From a bacterium (GTDB lineage Bacteria > Patescibacteriota > Minisyncoccia > UBA6257 > JAGOQP01): a stretch of DNA of 64,000 nt. A program made the position numbers and the translations under genes. The first letter of the stretch is position 1. Every line of letters begins with the position of its first letter. Below are positions 8,818 through 18,360 of this stretch, one piece after another. The stretch is from positions 45,278 through 109,277 of the forward strand of contig JAKAHY010000001.1 of assembly GCA_021814695.1 (NCBI GenBank), written 5' to 3'. The notes below the pieces were generated by a model that saw only the letters and a program-made list of their open reading frames with translations, searched no databases and was not told the DNA's origin.

Positions 8818-9267
8818 ATGGGACCGCTGGTAGTTGTGGTGCTCACCATGGCCGTTTGCATCTTTCTGTTATTCCTGTTTCTCTTTTTCCTGATGTGGAG
8901 CTCGTGTCGGTTTGAAAAATGGTTCAGTAAGTTTGAGGAAGAGGTGAAGGAACCAAATACCTTGTGGCAGAAATTTTGCGCTTGGATTGGTAATATCACA
9001 ATGTCCACTCTCACCATATTTATGTGTGAGAAATGTAAGCAAGCATGTGAGGAAAAGAAGGAGATGCTCATGAGGGCCCTATTGTTTTCTTTCTGGACCG
9101 GCCTTGTTGGCGTTATCGGCTACTATCTCGGTGTTTACGGAATGTCACCGAAATTCCTTTACGCTCTTGCGGTCGGAGGTTTCTCCGTCTTGGTTTTTGT
9201 CGCGATCCGTTATCGCGCCCACAAAACTCTCAAGTCCGAAAATTCGGACGTCGAGAAACAAAATTAA
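8818..9267 (+). CDS. Hypothetical membrane protein
   Basis: About 3 hydrophobic segments; strong AAGGAGGAGG SD; terminator at about 9282-9306. Confidence 0.65.
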   Translation: MGPLVVVVLTMAVCIFLLFLFLFFLMWSSCRFEKWFSKFEEEVKEPNTLWQKFCAWIGNITMSTLTIFMCEKCKQACEEKKEMLMRALLFSFWTGLVGVIGYYLGVYGMSPKFLYALAVGGFSVLVFVAIRYRAHKTLKSENSDVEKQN

Positions 9268-9334
9268 GTACTTTAAACACAGCCATCCATTTTGGGTGGT
9301 TTTTTTGTATGTTAAAGTGGTACTATTTTTAAAT

Positions 9335-9907
9335 ATGAAAACCGCAATCATTGTTCACGGAATGCCGTCAAAAAAAGAATATTTCAGCCCCAAAAAACCG
9401 TCCCCGTCAAACAACCACTGGATTGCTTGGGTACAAAGACGGCTTATTCTTAAAGGGATTCTTGCCCAAACCATAGAACTTCCCGAACCCTATAAGCCGG
9501 TTTATGAGAAATGGAAATCGGTTTTTGAGCAATTTAAAGTAGATAAGGACACGGCGCTTATAGGCCACAGTTGTGGAGGTGGATTTCTTGTCAGATGGTT
9601 GAGCGAAAACAAAAAGAGAGTCGGTAGAGTTGTTTTAGTGGCTCCCTGGATTGACCCTAATCATGTTTTAGAAACGGGTTTTTTTGATTTTAAGATAGAT
9701 CCGAATCTGTTGAAAAGAATAAAAAACCTGACAATATTCATATCCAAAGATGACGATAGCGATATTATAAAAAGCGTTCAACTGTTGAAGGAAGTTCTAA
9801 AAGGAAAAAACATAAAAATTATTGAGTTTGAAAATATGGGCCATTTTACTTTAGGCGACATGAAAACAGAAAAGTTTCCGGAACTGTTGAGTGCTATTTT
9901 AAAATAA
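9335..9907 (+). CDS. RBBP9/YdeN-family alpha/beta hydrolase
   Basis: Start at MKTAIIVHG; GHSCGG nucleophile elbow, SKDD, GHF. Confidence 0.88.
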   Translation: MKTAIIVHGMPSKKEYFSPKKPSPSNNHWIAWVQRRLILKGILAQTIELPEPYKPVYEKWKSVFEQFKVDKDTALIGHSCGGGFLVRWLSENKKRVGRVVLVAPWIDPNHVLETGFFDFKIDPNLLKRIKNLTIFISKDDDSDIIKSVQLLKEVLKGKNIKIIEFENMGHFTLGDMKTEKFPELLSAILK

Positions 9908-9987
9908 AGATATTTTTGACATTGACGCCAAGAGGTGTTTTTATATAATCAGCAACCAACATATATCAGCTAGGGAAAGGAGAGTTC

Positions 9988-10764
9988 ATGAAGTGGCCAA
10001 CTCAAGTAGTTCTTGTACGGCACGGGCAGTCGGAATTTAACGTTCTTCGGGTTATAAAAGAGCGTGATCCTTTGTATCGGAAATTTAAGCAAGCTTATGA
10101 AGAAGATTTTACTTCGGATAAAGCCAGAAATCTTGCGGAAATGGTTCTTGAAAAATACAGATTGGATCTCGGTGATTACCAAACACGCCTGACATCAATA
10201 GGAATTGATCAGGCAAAAATTACGGGAGCCGGATTGAGCTTGGACATTGAGCCTCCCGACGTAATCTACGTTTCTCCGTATTTTAGAACGCGCCAGACAC
10301 TCGATGCTATGACAAATGCCTGGCCGGAACTATCATCTGCAAAAACAACAACGGATGACAGAATCCGGGAACAGGAACACGGGATACAGATACTTTATAA
10401 CGATTGGCGGGTATTTCATGTTTTTCATCCCGAACAAAAGAGGATGAGGGATCTTTTCGGGGCCTACTGGTATCAATATCCTCAAGGAGAATCAATGGCT
10501 CAGGTTCGTGACAGAATCAGATCGTTCCTGACGACTCTCGTACGTGAACATGCCGGACAAAAAGTCCTGCTTGTAACTCACCACGTAACCATTCTTTGCT
10601 TTCTTGCCTCTATGGAGCGCTTAACTCCCGAAAAGGTAACAGATATGGATAAGGATTTGAAACCGGTTAACTGCGGAGTTACCTTCTACATCGGCAACCC
10701 CGATAAAGGTCAGGATGGACGTCTCGAATTGACGGAGTACAACCGCAAGTATTATTCGGATTAG
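9988..10764 (+). CDS. Histidine phosphatase (phosphoglycerate mutase-like) family protein
   Basis: LVRHGQS, SPYFRTRQT, GES, LVTH. Confidence 0.9.
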   Translation: MKWPTQVVLVRHGQSEFNVLRVIKERDPLYRKFKQAYEEDFTSDKARNLAEMVLEKYRLDLGDYQTRLTSIGIDQAKITGAGLSLDIEPPDVIYVSPYFRTRQTLDAMTNAWPELSSAKTTTDDRIREQEHGIQILYNDWRVFHVFHPEQKRMRDLFGAYWYQYPQGESMAQVRDRIRSFLTTLVREHAGQKVLLVTHHVTILCFLASMERLTPEKVTDMDKDLKPVNCGVTFYIGNPDKGQDGRLELTEYNRKYYSD

Positions 10765-10905
10765 TATCAGCAGCAGATAAACGCTGCTTTTTAATATAAA
10801 ATTTGTCGATTCCTGCCATGCTAATAATCCACTTTACAATCCGGATAATGTTCTATACTTATACAAAGCGATAAAAGGTTATTTTAATAAGCACTCATAA
10901 TAAAT

Positions 10906-11379
10906 ATGAAAAAAACTTGGATTATTATTCTGGTGATAGTGGTAGTTATTATAGTCGGCTACTTACTTTGGATGAATCCGACTCAACCGGCATATCAGCA
11001 ACCGGCCGCAACAACAGGGGGCGGCGCCAATCAACCGGCACCGGCATTAATTCTTAATACAGCCATAGACCCGACTCTTGGCGCATATCTTGTGGCATCA
11101 AATGGAATGGCTCTTTATGTTTTTGCAAATGATAAACCCGGAATAAGTAATTGCGCCGGCGTTTGCGCAACCAACTGGCCGCCTTATGAAGTGACGGCAA
11201 CTACGCCACTGGCGGCAGCATCCGGCATTGATGGAAATCTTAATACAATTATAAGAAGTGACGGCTCTATGCAACTCACTTATAATTCCATGCCTCTTTA
11301 TTTTTGGCATCTAGATTCAAAACCGGGAGACGTTACGGGTAATGGTTTTGGAGGGGTTTGGTTTTTGGCAAAACCATAA
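10906..11379 (+). CDS. Secreted repeat protein (COG4315-like)
   Basis: N-terminal TM; LY.F..D, C...CA..WPP, PLYFW..D..PGD..G. Confidence 0.82.
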   Translation: MKKTWIIILVIVVVIIVGYLLWMNPTQPAYQQPAATTGGGANQPAPALILNTAIDPTLGAYLVASNGMALYVFANDKPGISNCAGVCATNWPPYEVTATTPLAAASGIDGNLNTIIRSDGSMQLTYNSMPLYFWHLDSKPGDVTGNGFGGVWFLAKP

Positions 11380-11461
11380 TCCGATAAGAATAATTAAAGT
11401 GTTCTGATCTTGTGCGTGACGTCGGCGTGCATTGTTTTAGTTTATAGTAATCAAATCTACG

Positions 11462-11854
11462 ATGAATAAATTACCGTTTCACATTCTTAGAATAGGGATT
11501 GCCATAACATTTATCTGGATTGGATTAATGATATTTAAGGACCCGCAAGGATGGAGTTCGTTTATCCAGCCTTGGGCAGCCAATCTTATTCCAATTCCTA
11601 TTCAGCAGGCAATGATTATTGCGGCAATTGCCGATGTTTTAATAGGACTGCTTCTTCTGGCTAACCTTTGGGTTTGGATTGTAGCGGCTGTGGGAGTTTT
11701 AAATATTGCTGCAGTTCTTATCGTTTCCGGAATTACCGGAGTTACTGTCAGGGATATAGGCCTTCTTGCCGCCGCTGTGGCATTGGCGATTGATTCAATG
11801 CCTTCTGTAATAATGTCAAAACTATTTAAAAAACAGATTCGAAAAAATTATTAA
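11462..11854 (+). CDS. DoxX-like membrane protein
   Basis: LRIGIAITFIW.G start, VRDIGLL, 4 TM. Confidence 0.7.
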   Translation: MNKLPFHILRIGIAITFIWIGLMIFKDPQGWSSFIQPWAANLIPIPIQQAMIIAAIADVLIGLLLLANLWVWIVAAVGVLNIAAVLIVSGITGVTVRDIGLLAAAVALAIDSMPSVIMSKLFKKQIRKNY

Positions 11855-11896
11855 ACAAAATAAAAGGTCGTATGATTATAAATAATTACATATCCT

Positions 11897-12097
11897 ATGT
11901 TTACGCTCGCTTGTAAGGATTTGGGTACTCCGGAATGTGGCTATATAGCCAAAGAAGATGACAGCGAGAAAGCGGTGCACACCATGCTTAGACACGCACA
12001 AGAAACGCATGCCGATAAATTAGAGGAATTATCCAGAAAAATGAATGAGAAAGAAATTTTTGAGTTGATGCTTTCTAAAGTGAGAAAAGAACCATAG
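11897..12097 (+). CDS. DUF1059-like small metal-binding protein
   Basis: ACKDLG..CG...HA...H pattern. Confidence 0.8.
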   Translation: MFTLACKDLGTPECGYIAKEDDSEKAVHTMLRHAQETHADKLEELSRKMNEKEIFELMLSKVRKEP

Positions 12098-12261
12098 AAC
12101 CTTATATTAAAAATGGCTCCATTTTGTGGGGCCTTTTTTATTATAACACAAGTAGGCTTTTTGGCTATAAATCTATTGTTTACACGGAATAATTTGTGCT
12201 ACTATTTTGGCAGAACACTTTCGCTCGTTGACAATAAGGCGGGCCGAAAGGGAGGAAACTG

Positions 12262-15036
12262 ATGTCTAGGAAGCAGGTAGTGGCACCTCCGAAGACCAAA
12301 ACGGAATTGCTGATCGATACGGTCTTTAATTTCATGACGGATAATCCGTCGTATATTTTCAAGGGATTTGGGGATGCGGATAAGTTTGAGATTACGAAAA
12401 AGAAATTCGCCAAGGTTTTGGAATCGCTAGTGGAATCCAGGCACCTTGTCCGAATTTCAGTCGACGATTCGGGTGAGCCTTGGTATTTTTCCAACGGCTA
12501 CAACCATTATTCGCCGAACTTTCTTTTTGAGGTAATCCCAGCCGGCGTCAGGGACGATATCCTCAGGCCTCTTGAAAGAGGGGACGAGAAATCGATTTCC
12601 GATTTGGCTCGAAACTATTTCGGTTCCGAGACCGTAGGTCTCAATTTCATCGAAACGACTCTTGAATATTTCGTTTCCAGAAAGCTCATCGGTTCCAGTG
12701 GCAGAAAGGCATTGCGTCTTTACAAAAAGACTCAACTTGGGCTGGAGCTTGGTATCGATAAGCAAAGCATGGATACGATGGCTAATCGAGAATTGGAAAG
12801 CACGCTGCTTTTGCAACGCAAGGGCGAAGTGCTATCCAAAATAAATTCTCTGGAAGATATCGATAAACTTTTGGACGAGGAGTTGGAGTCTATCATCGTG
12901 GGTAATATTGACGTCACATCAAGCACCGACGGCGATTTCTTCAATGTTGTATTTCTTAACGAAATTCTTTTCGGCAACAAGTTTACCGATACCGACATTT
13001 TGAATTGGGCACTTGAGAGGGTAAATCCCAACCTTACGGTTGCAAGCGGCTTGATTCAGGGAAATTTCCTTGGCGTTAAGATGGATAAGGCGAGAATCCT
13101 TGCCGAAAATTCCGGTCTTAACGAGATCGATGCCCAATTCAGGGCTGCTAAACTTCTCAACGAGAAGCTTGAGCAGGTCACCAAAGGACAGGTTTTTAAT
13201 GTCCTTGGCGACGACGATTGGGATCTTGCCGACAGCTACGCTCAGCTGATGCACAGGGCCGAAGGCGGCATCATCAGCTATGGATTCAATTCCAAGTCTT
13301 TGAGCGATGAGCTCAAGCGGCGGTTGGATATGCTTGCTTACAGGCGTAAGCGGCGCATCCAGTATGAGATCATTACTCCCTATCAACTTCGCGTCGGTCG
13401 TTCTCTCTTGAACCGAGATGAGGTTTGGGAAGCTACGGCTAACGGCGACGATAGCAAGGATAGGGTGTATAAGGGCGAATATCGTCTGATTATCGAAATT
13501 CTTGTAGCTAAGAAAGTCGGAATTGATTATCCCAAGTCGTACGATAAGGTTGTGGACATCGGATCATTGTTTGACGGAGATATGAGCAAGAAGAGGATTA
13601 TCACGCCCAACAGTCTTTTCTTAAAGGCAGGGGACAGGACTATTCGCTTCACTCATAACCCTTCGTTTTCGAACATCACTCAGTATTGGAATACTATCGA
13701 TGTTTTGAATCGTATCATGCGCAGTCTCGGTGCTCGAAAGACGGAAGAGATTCCGTTTGTCGTAGCCGAAGGCCATCAGGAGCGATTTTTTGCCACCTTC
13801 ATTCCTTCGGGTTTGAACGACAAGACCGACGACGGTCATTGGTTTATGAACCTTCCGGGTTTGCAGAATCCGATTTTGCAGGCCAAAGGAAGAATTCCCG
13901 AGTTCGACTCAAGGATTTTGAGTTCCAAGTCTCATCGGCAGATTACCTTCCGTAAGGAACCGGTAACTCCGGGAGTTCTGGATTTCGGAGTCCATATGGA
14001 CGGTCGGGTGCAATTCAGGATTTTGAACCACATGGTCAAGAACGTCATTGAACGTTCTGCCGGAATGCCGGAAGAGGTGCATAGGGTTGCTTTCCTTACG
14101 GACTTGCAATTCGCTTCGCTTACGATGCATCCCGAACTTGTAATGAAGTTCCTGGATTATGCGCTATTCACTCTGGGCTGCGATGCGGTTATGATCGGCG
14201 GCGACGTCATTCAGGGCATCAACTATCCGCAGACGTTTTCCGAAAACAGGCCATTCAGGCTTGTGAGTATCGATTCCCAACAGCGATTCGTTCTGGCAAC
14301 ACTTTTCCCGTTCCTGGCTACAGGACCGAAGCTTAAGAAGGTCCTTGGAGTTATCGGTAACCATGAGTGGAACACGTTTGGCGCCAATCTTACCGGTCCC
14401 AATTTCCTGGCATTTTTGGAACAGGTGCTTCAGGGTTATGTTCTTGGGATGAAGACGGCGGGCGGTACTCCAACTTTGGAAGATATTGCTATTGTCAGTC
14501 GTATTCGCATGCTTAGCGTTGAAGCCAAACAGGGCGGAGCGATTGTAAACTGGCCGTTTATTTCTCAAGAATTTTCGGGATTCAAGGTTGCGATGTCCCA
14601 TCAGTTCCAGCGCTTCGGCGGCGGAACTCCTGTGGGCCAGCAAATGAAGTGGATTGAGAATATGTCAACTGCCGCAAGCGATTACGATGTTCTTGTCGGC
14701 GGCGACAAGCACTCCATTTGGATGGCTCAGGTTGCCGATAAGCTTTTGTTGCAGCTGGCAGCGGCGGCTCACCAGAGCGGTTACGAGCTGCACACCGGTC
14801 TTCGCAGCACGATTATGTTCACCGACATCACATTCTCCAACAAGGACGGCATCACGGTTGAGATGGTTCCTCGGGGATTTCTCGAAAATTATTACACCTG
14901 CGTTTCGCCGATTCTTGCCGGTAAGGACGAGCTTTTGAAGCTTCCTGCCCCCGGAACTCCGGGATACGATCAGGGCAAGCTTTCTCCTTATGTAGAGTCA
15001 ATTATCGACAATATCACTCAGTATCGTCACGTATAA
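12262..15036 (+). CDS. 924-aa protein with tandem calcineurin-like metallophosphoesterase domains
   Basis: C-terminal domain FLTDLQ, GGDVIQG, GNHE, MSH, GDKH; degenerate N-terminal copy FLNEIL, SGLIQG, GDDD, FTH, GHQE; GGAGG SD. Confidence 0.72.
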   Translation: MSRKQVVAPPKTKTELLIDTVFNFMTDNPSYIFKGFGDADKFEITKKKFAKVLESLVESRHLVRISVDDSGEPWYFSNGYNHYSPNFLFEVIPAGVRDDILRPLERGDEKSISDLARNYFGSETVGLNFIETTLEYFVSRKLIGSSGRKALRLYKKTQLGLELGIDKQSMDTMANRELESTLLLQRKGEVLSKINSLEDIDKLLDEELESIIVGNIDVTSSTDGDFFNVVFLNEILFGNKFTDTDILNWALERVNPNLTVASGLIQGNFLGVKMDKARILAENSGLNEIDAQFRAAKLLNEKLEQVTKGQVFNVLGDDDWDLADSYAQLMHRAEGGIISYGFNSKSLSDELKRRLDMLAYRRKRRIQYEIITPYQLRVGRSLLNRDEVWEATANGDDSKDRVYKGEYRLIIEILVAKKVGIDYPKSYDKVVDIGSLFDGDMSKKRIITPNSLFLKAGDRTIRFTHNPSFSNITQYWNTIDVLNRIMRSLGARKTEEIPFVVAEGHQERFFATFIPSGLNDKTDDGHWFMNLPGLQNPILQAKGRIPEFDSRILSSKSHRQITFRKEPVTPGVLDFGVHMDGRVQFRILNHMVKNVIERSAGMPEEVHRVAFLTDLQFASLTMHPELVMKFLDYALFTLGCDAVMIGGDVIQGINYPQTFSENRPFRLVSIDSQQRFVLATLFPFLATGPKLKKVLGVIGNHEWNTFGANLTGPNFLAFLEQVLQGYVLGMKTAGGTPTLEDIAIVSRIRMLSVEAKQGGAIVNWPFISQEFSGFKVAMSHQFQRFGGGTPVGQQMKWIENMSTAASDYDVLVGGDKHSIWMAQVADKLLLQLAAAAHQSGYELHTGLRSTIMFTDITFSNKDGITVEMVPRGFLENYYTCVSPILAGKDELLKLPAPGTPGYDQGKLSPYVESIIDNITQYRHV

Positions 15037-15048
15037 ATAGAACATTTT

Positions 15049-15076
15049 TCAGCTCCGCTTGGGAGCTGATTTTTTT
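15049..15076 (+). terminator. Intrinsic terminator
   Basis: TCAGCTCC-GCTTG-GGAGCTGA followed by a T-run. Confidence 0.75.
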
Positions 15077-15116
15077 ATATATGCTATAATAAGTTTAATA
15101 AGTAACAAACAGTAAT

Positions 15117-15353
15117 ATGAAACAAAACGAACATATTTTGGACAGAATTATTAGAGTATTGATTGCGTTGGGGTTATTTTATGTGGGCATCACCTGGTCC
15201 ATGTCCAGTTTTCTGAGAATTGTTTTGGCAATTGTCGGAGGGATATTAATTGTTACTGCCGTCACCGGATATTGCGCCCTGTATTCACTGTTTGGAATAA
15301 ATACAAAAAAATCTTCTTCAGATACTAAGGAACCCGATAAAAAAGGTCAATAA
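15117..15353 (+). CDS. DUF2892/YgaP-like membrane protein
   Basis: NE...DRIIR, TG.C.LY.LFGINT. Confidence 0.85.
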   Translation: MKQNEHILDRIIRVLIALGLFYVGITWSMSSFLRIVLAIVGGILIVTAVTGYCALYSLFGINTKKSSSDTKEPDKKGQ

Positions 15354-15447
15354 TTAATAGCGATGCTAATTTACAAATTACACACGAATGTACAAATATT
15401 ATTTATGTCATTCGAGTGTATTCGCGTATTTGTGTCGCGTGTAAAGT

Positions 15448-16038
15448 ATGAAATACGAAGCAAAAAACTTCGAGCATCTCTTGGGTTTAAAGGGATTTAG
15501 CGACAATGCCTTAAAAACTCATTTTGCTCTCTATCAGGGTTATGTAAACAATACAAATAAATTAAGAGATGAGTTGCACGAATTGGCTAATGGGGGAAAA
15601 CTCGATTCGGTTCAACACGCCGAACTGAAAAGAAGGCTCGGATGGGAGTTTGACGGAATGAGGCTGCATGAATATTATTTCGGCGCTCTTTCTAAAGAAT
15701 CCCAGCCATTATCGGAATCTAGCGCTTTGTACAAGAAGATAGAAAAAGATTTCGGAAGTTTTGGCGATTGGGAAAAAATGTTTCGTGCCGTTGCATCACA
15801 ACGGGGGATAGGGTGGGCGATTTTGTACTATGACGTTCACGGTGATCAATTGTTGGACGTCTGGGTCAATGAGCATGATGCGGGACATTTGGCGGGATGT
15901 GTGCCTCTTGTGAATATGGATGTATTTGAACATGCATTTATGCTGGATTACGGAACAAAAAAAGCCGATTACATTTCAGCCTTTATGGATGCCGTGGATT
16001 GGAAAGAGGTTTCCAAACGTTTCGATTCCGCCAAATAA
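15448..16038 (+). CDS. Fe/Mn superoxide dismutase
   Basis: H..LY.GYV, LHEYYF, GIGWA, DVFEHAF metal ligands. Confidence 0.92.
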   Translation: MKYEAKNFEHLLGLKGFSDNALKTHFALYQGYVNNTNKLRDELHELANGGKLDSVQHAELKRRLGWEFDGMRLHEYYFGALSKESQPLSESSALYKKIEKDFGSFGDWEKMFRAVASQRGIGWAILYYDVHGDQLLDVWVNEHDAGHLAGCVPLVNMDVFEHAFMLDYGTKKADYISAFMDAVDWKEVSKRFDSAK

Positions 16039-16890
16039 TTATTTTAGCGGAAGTTTTAATGCGGCCGGTTGAGGAGTTTTTCCTTCCGGCTGTATTTTTG
16101 TTATCACAAATGAACCGTCTGGTTGTTTTGAAACATCCAGTAACTTAACTCTTTTGGTTTTGATTAGCGTATACGTTCCTGGATCCGGGTTAAGGGCCAA
16201 TATTTTCCTGGCGATTATTTCCGGGTCTTCATTTGCCAGGTCTACGAATCCATCTTCGGTAGTGAATTTTTTTGTATATGTAGCCTTAGATTCGTCCTGC
16301 ATTTCCGGGACTATTTTATCTTCCGAAAAAAGAGGAATAGTTCTGATAAGCGCATTAGCGCAAGCATCTGCCAAAGCTTCCTGCAGCCGGGAATAATTCC
16401 AAAACTTGTCGGAGATATCCATCGATTCTTGGGCTAAAATAGGCCCGTGATCCATTTCTCTATCCAGAAGATACAGAGTTGCTCCGGTTATTTTATCGCC
16501 TCCAAGTATGGCCGCTTGTATAGGTGATGCGCCTCTATATTTGGGCAAAAGAGACGGGTGTGTTCCGATTATTCCCTGAGGAAATGAGTCTATCAGAGAT
16601 TGGGGTATTATTTTCGAGTAAGCCGCAACAACTCCAAATTTAAGTTTTTTGATTTCAGAGATCTCTGAAATTTTTACCAAATCGTCTTTTGTTTCCGGTT
16701 GAAGTATTTTTATTGGAAGCTTATTTTCAAGGATATATTTTTTTGTTTCCGGAGGAGTTAAAATCCGTTTTCTCCCAAACGGTTTGTCGGGGTTACAAAT
16801 TAAAACTTCTGGCGCCAAGTCATTGGCTATCAATTTTTCCAATATAATTCTGGCAAAAACCGGACTGCCGAAGAAAGCGTAAGATGACAT
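16039..16890 (-). CDS. fmt: Methionyl-tRNA formyltransferase
   Basis: FFGSPVF, HPSLLPKYRGASPI, MDHGPI. Confidence 0.95.
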   Translation of the reverse strand: MSSYAFFGSPVFARIILEKLIANDLAPEVLICNPDKPFGRKRILTPPETKKYILENKLPIKILQPETKDDLVKISEISEIKKLKFGVVAAYSKIIPQSLIDSFPQGIIGTHPSLLPKYRGASPIQAAILGGDKITGATLYLLDREMDHGPILAQESMDISDKFWNYSRLQEALADACANALIRTIPLFSEDKIVPEMQDESKATYTKKFTTEDGFVDLANEDPEIIARKILALNPDPGTYTLIKTKRVKLLDVSKQPDGSFVITKIQPEGKTPQPAALKLPLK

Positions 16891-16908
16891 GAATTTATGA
16901 TTATTATT

Positions 16909-17424
16909 TTATTCGAATTTCTTCACGTCTTTCGATTTATCTATAAACAATACTCCACCAAGATGATCTATCTCGTGTTGAAAAATTCTTGCCAAGAAAC
17001 CCTCGGCTTTGACCTTAACAGGTCTATTATTCTTATCATATCCGCTGACCGTAATTTTATCGGCCCTATCGACTGTCCCATAATATCCGGGAACACTAAG
17101 GCAACCCTCCTGGTCTGAAACTATTTTTTTGGAAATAGATTCTATTTTAGGGTTAAATATGGCATAAAACTTTCCCTGATAACCCCTACCATCATCGGAG
17201 GGAAGTTGAGCGACAAATATTTGCGCATTGACTCCAATTTGGGGAGCGGCCAATCCGATGCCATGGTTTAATACCATCATTTGCCTCATAAAAAGAACAA
17301 GATTGTTAATCTCCGATTTGGAATAATCCGAAAATTTAAAAGCTTTGGGCTTTTCCCTTAGGAAAGATTCCTCACTTTTAATTTTAACTGTCCAGATTTT
17401 TTTGTCGGTTTCTTTTTCGGCCAT
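16909..17424 (-). CDS. def: Peptide deformylase
   Basis: GIGLAAPQIG, EGCLS, QHEIDH. Confidence 0.97.
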   Translation of the reverse strand: MAEKETDKKIWTVKIKSEESFLREKPKAFKFSDYSKSEINNLVLFMRQMMVLNHGIGLAAPQIGVNAQIFVAQLPSDDGRGYQGKFYAIFNPKIESISKKIVSDQEGCLSVPGYYGTVDRADKITVSGYDKNNRPVKVKAEGFLARIFQHEIDHLGGVLFIDKSKDVKKFE

Positions 17425-17708
17425 GGTTCTTTTTTTAATTTTAATTTATTTAATAAACCTTTTTGTTTGATTAATTCCATGAAATAAGCGCCTCCATTGA
17501 GTACCTTTGGGCGTTGGAGGATATCTTTAGCAATCCCCATTAGAGTTTGCTTATCTATGTATTTAGCCAATTTTATATACAGAGCTTTATGCTTCTCGTC
17601 CTCAAGCATTTGGGCTATAACCAGTCCGGTGTGCTGAAAGTCTCTGTATACGTGGCTTTTTTCTTTTCGGCCGGCAAGTGTCTTCAGGTAATCTTTTTCA
17701 AGCATCAT
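17358..17708 (-). CDS. Hypothetical protein
   Basis: Co-oriented with and overlapping the def start; likely start MMLEKD. Confidence 0.65.
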   Translation of the reverse strand: MMLEKDYLKTLAGRKEKSHVYRDFQHTGLVIAQMLEDEKHKALYIKLAKYIDKQTLMGIAKDILQRPKVLNGGAYFMELIKQKGLLNKLKLKKEPWPKKKPTKKSGQLKLKVRNLS

Positions 17709-17746
17709 TCCAATGATATAATAGAAAGCTGATAAAACCAAGATTT

Positions 17747-18346
17747 ATGCGACTTTTTATAGCGGTAAAAATACCGGATGAAATCAAAGAAAAAATCCAC
17801 AATTCCTTTTTGTATTCCAGAGACTCCCTTGAATTCGCTCGATTTACCGAAACTGACAATCTGCACATAACATTGGTATTTTTGGGAGAAGTCGAAGATG
17901 CGTTACTGGAAAGAATAAAAAGAATAGTGGAATCGGTCACAAATAAATATTCCCAAAAACGGATAGAATTAAGCGGTATTGTGATCGGACCGGATATAAA
18001 TACTGCAAGAATGATATGGCTTAAGCTTGGTGATGATTCTCAAAAATATCTTGAATCGATATCTCAGTCACTAAAAAAAGAACTAAAAGATAAAAATATC
18101 CTTTTTGACGGCAGAAATTTTTTTAATGGACATGTTACTCTGGCCAAGTTTGGCCAAAATTGGCAATCAAAATATGATAGTAAAAACGAAAAAGGAAAAA
18201 CCGAGGATATTAATTTTATAAAAGAAACGCTTCCCGAAACATTTGAGGCGCATTTCGATTCAAAATCCATAACTCTTTTTTCCTCCAAAAAAATAGACGG
18301 GAAGAGAATATATGAGCCGTTGTTTGAGTCGGATTTTAAAGGATGA
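17747..18346 (+). CDS. thpR: RNA 2',3'-cyclic phosphodiesterase (2H family)
   Basis: MRLFIA, HITLVFLG and HVTLA motifs. Confidence 0.9.
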   Translation: MRLFIAVKIPDEIKEKIHNSFLYSRDSLEFARFTETDNLHITLVFLGEVEDALLERIKRIVESVTNKYSQKRIELSGIVIGPDINTARMIWLKLGDDSQKYLESISQSLKKELKDKNILFDGRNFFNGHVTLAKFGQNWQSKYDSKNEKGKTEDINFIKETLPETFEAHFDSKSITLFSSKKIDGKRIYEPLFESDFKG

Positions 18347-18360
18347 TATAATTTTAACCT

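Noticed and set aside
9104-9334. N-terminal extensions in the ORF track (9104, 19717, 49447, 52557, 17741)
   Set aside because: They cross other genes, terminators or promoters; family homology starts at downstream ATGs
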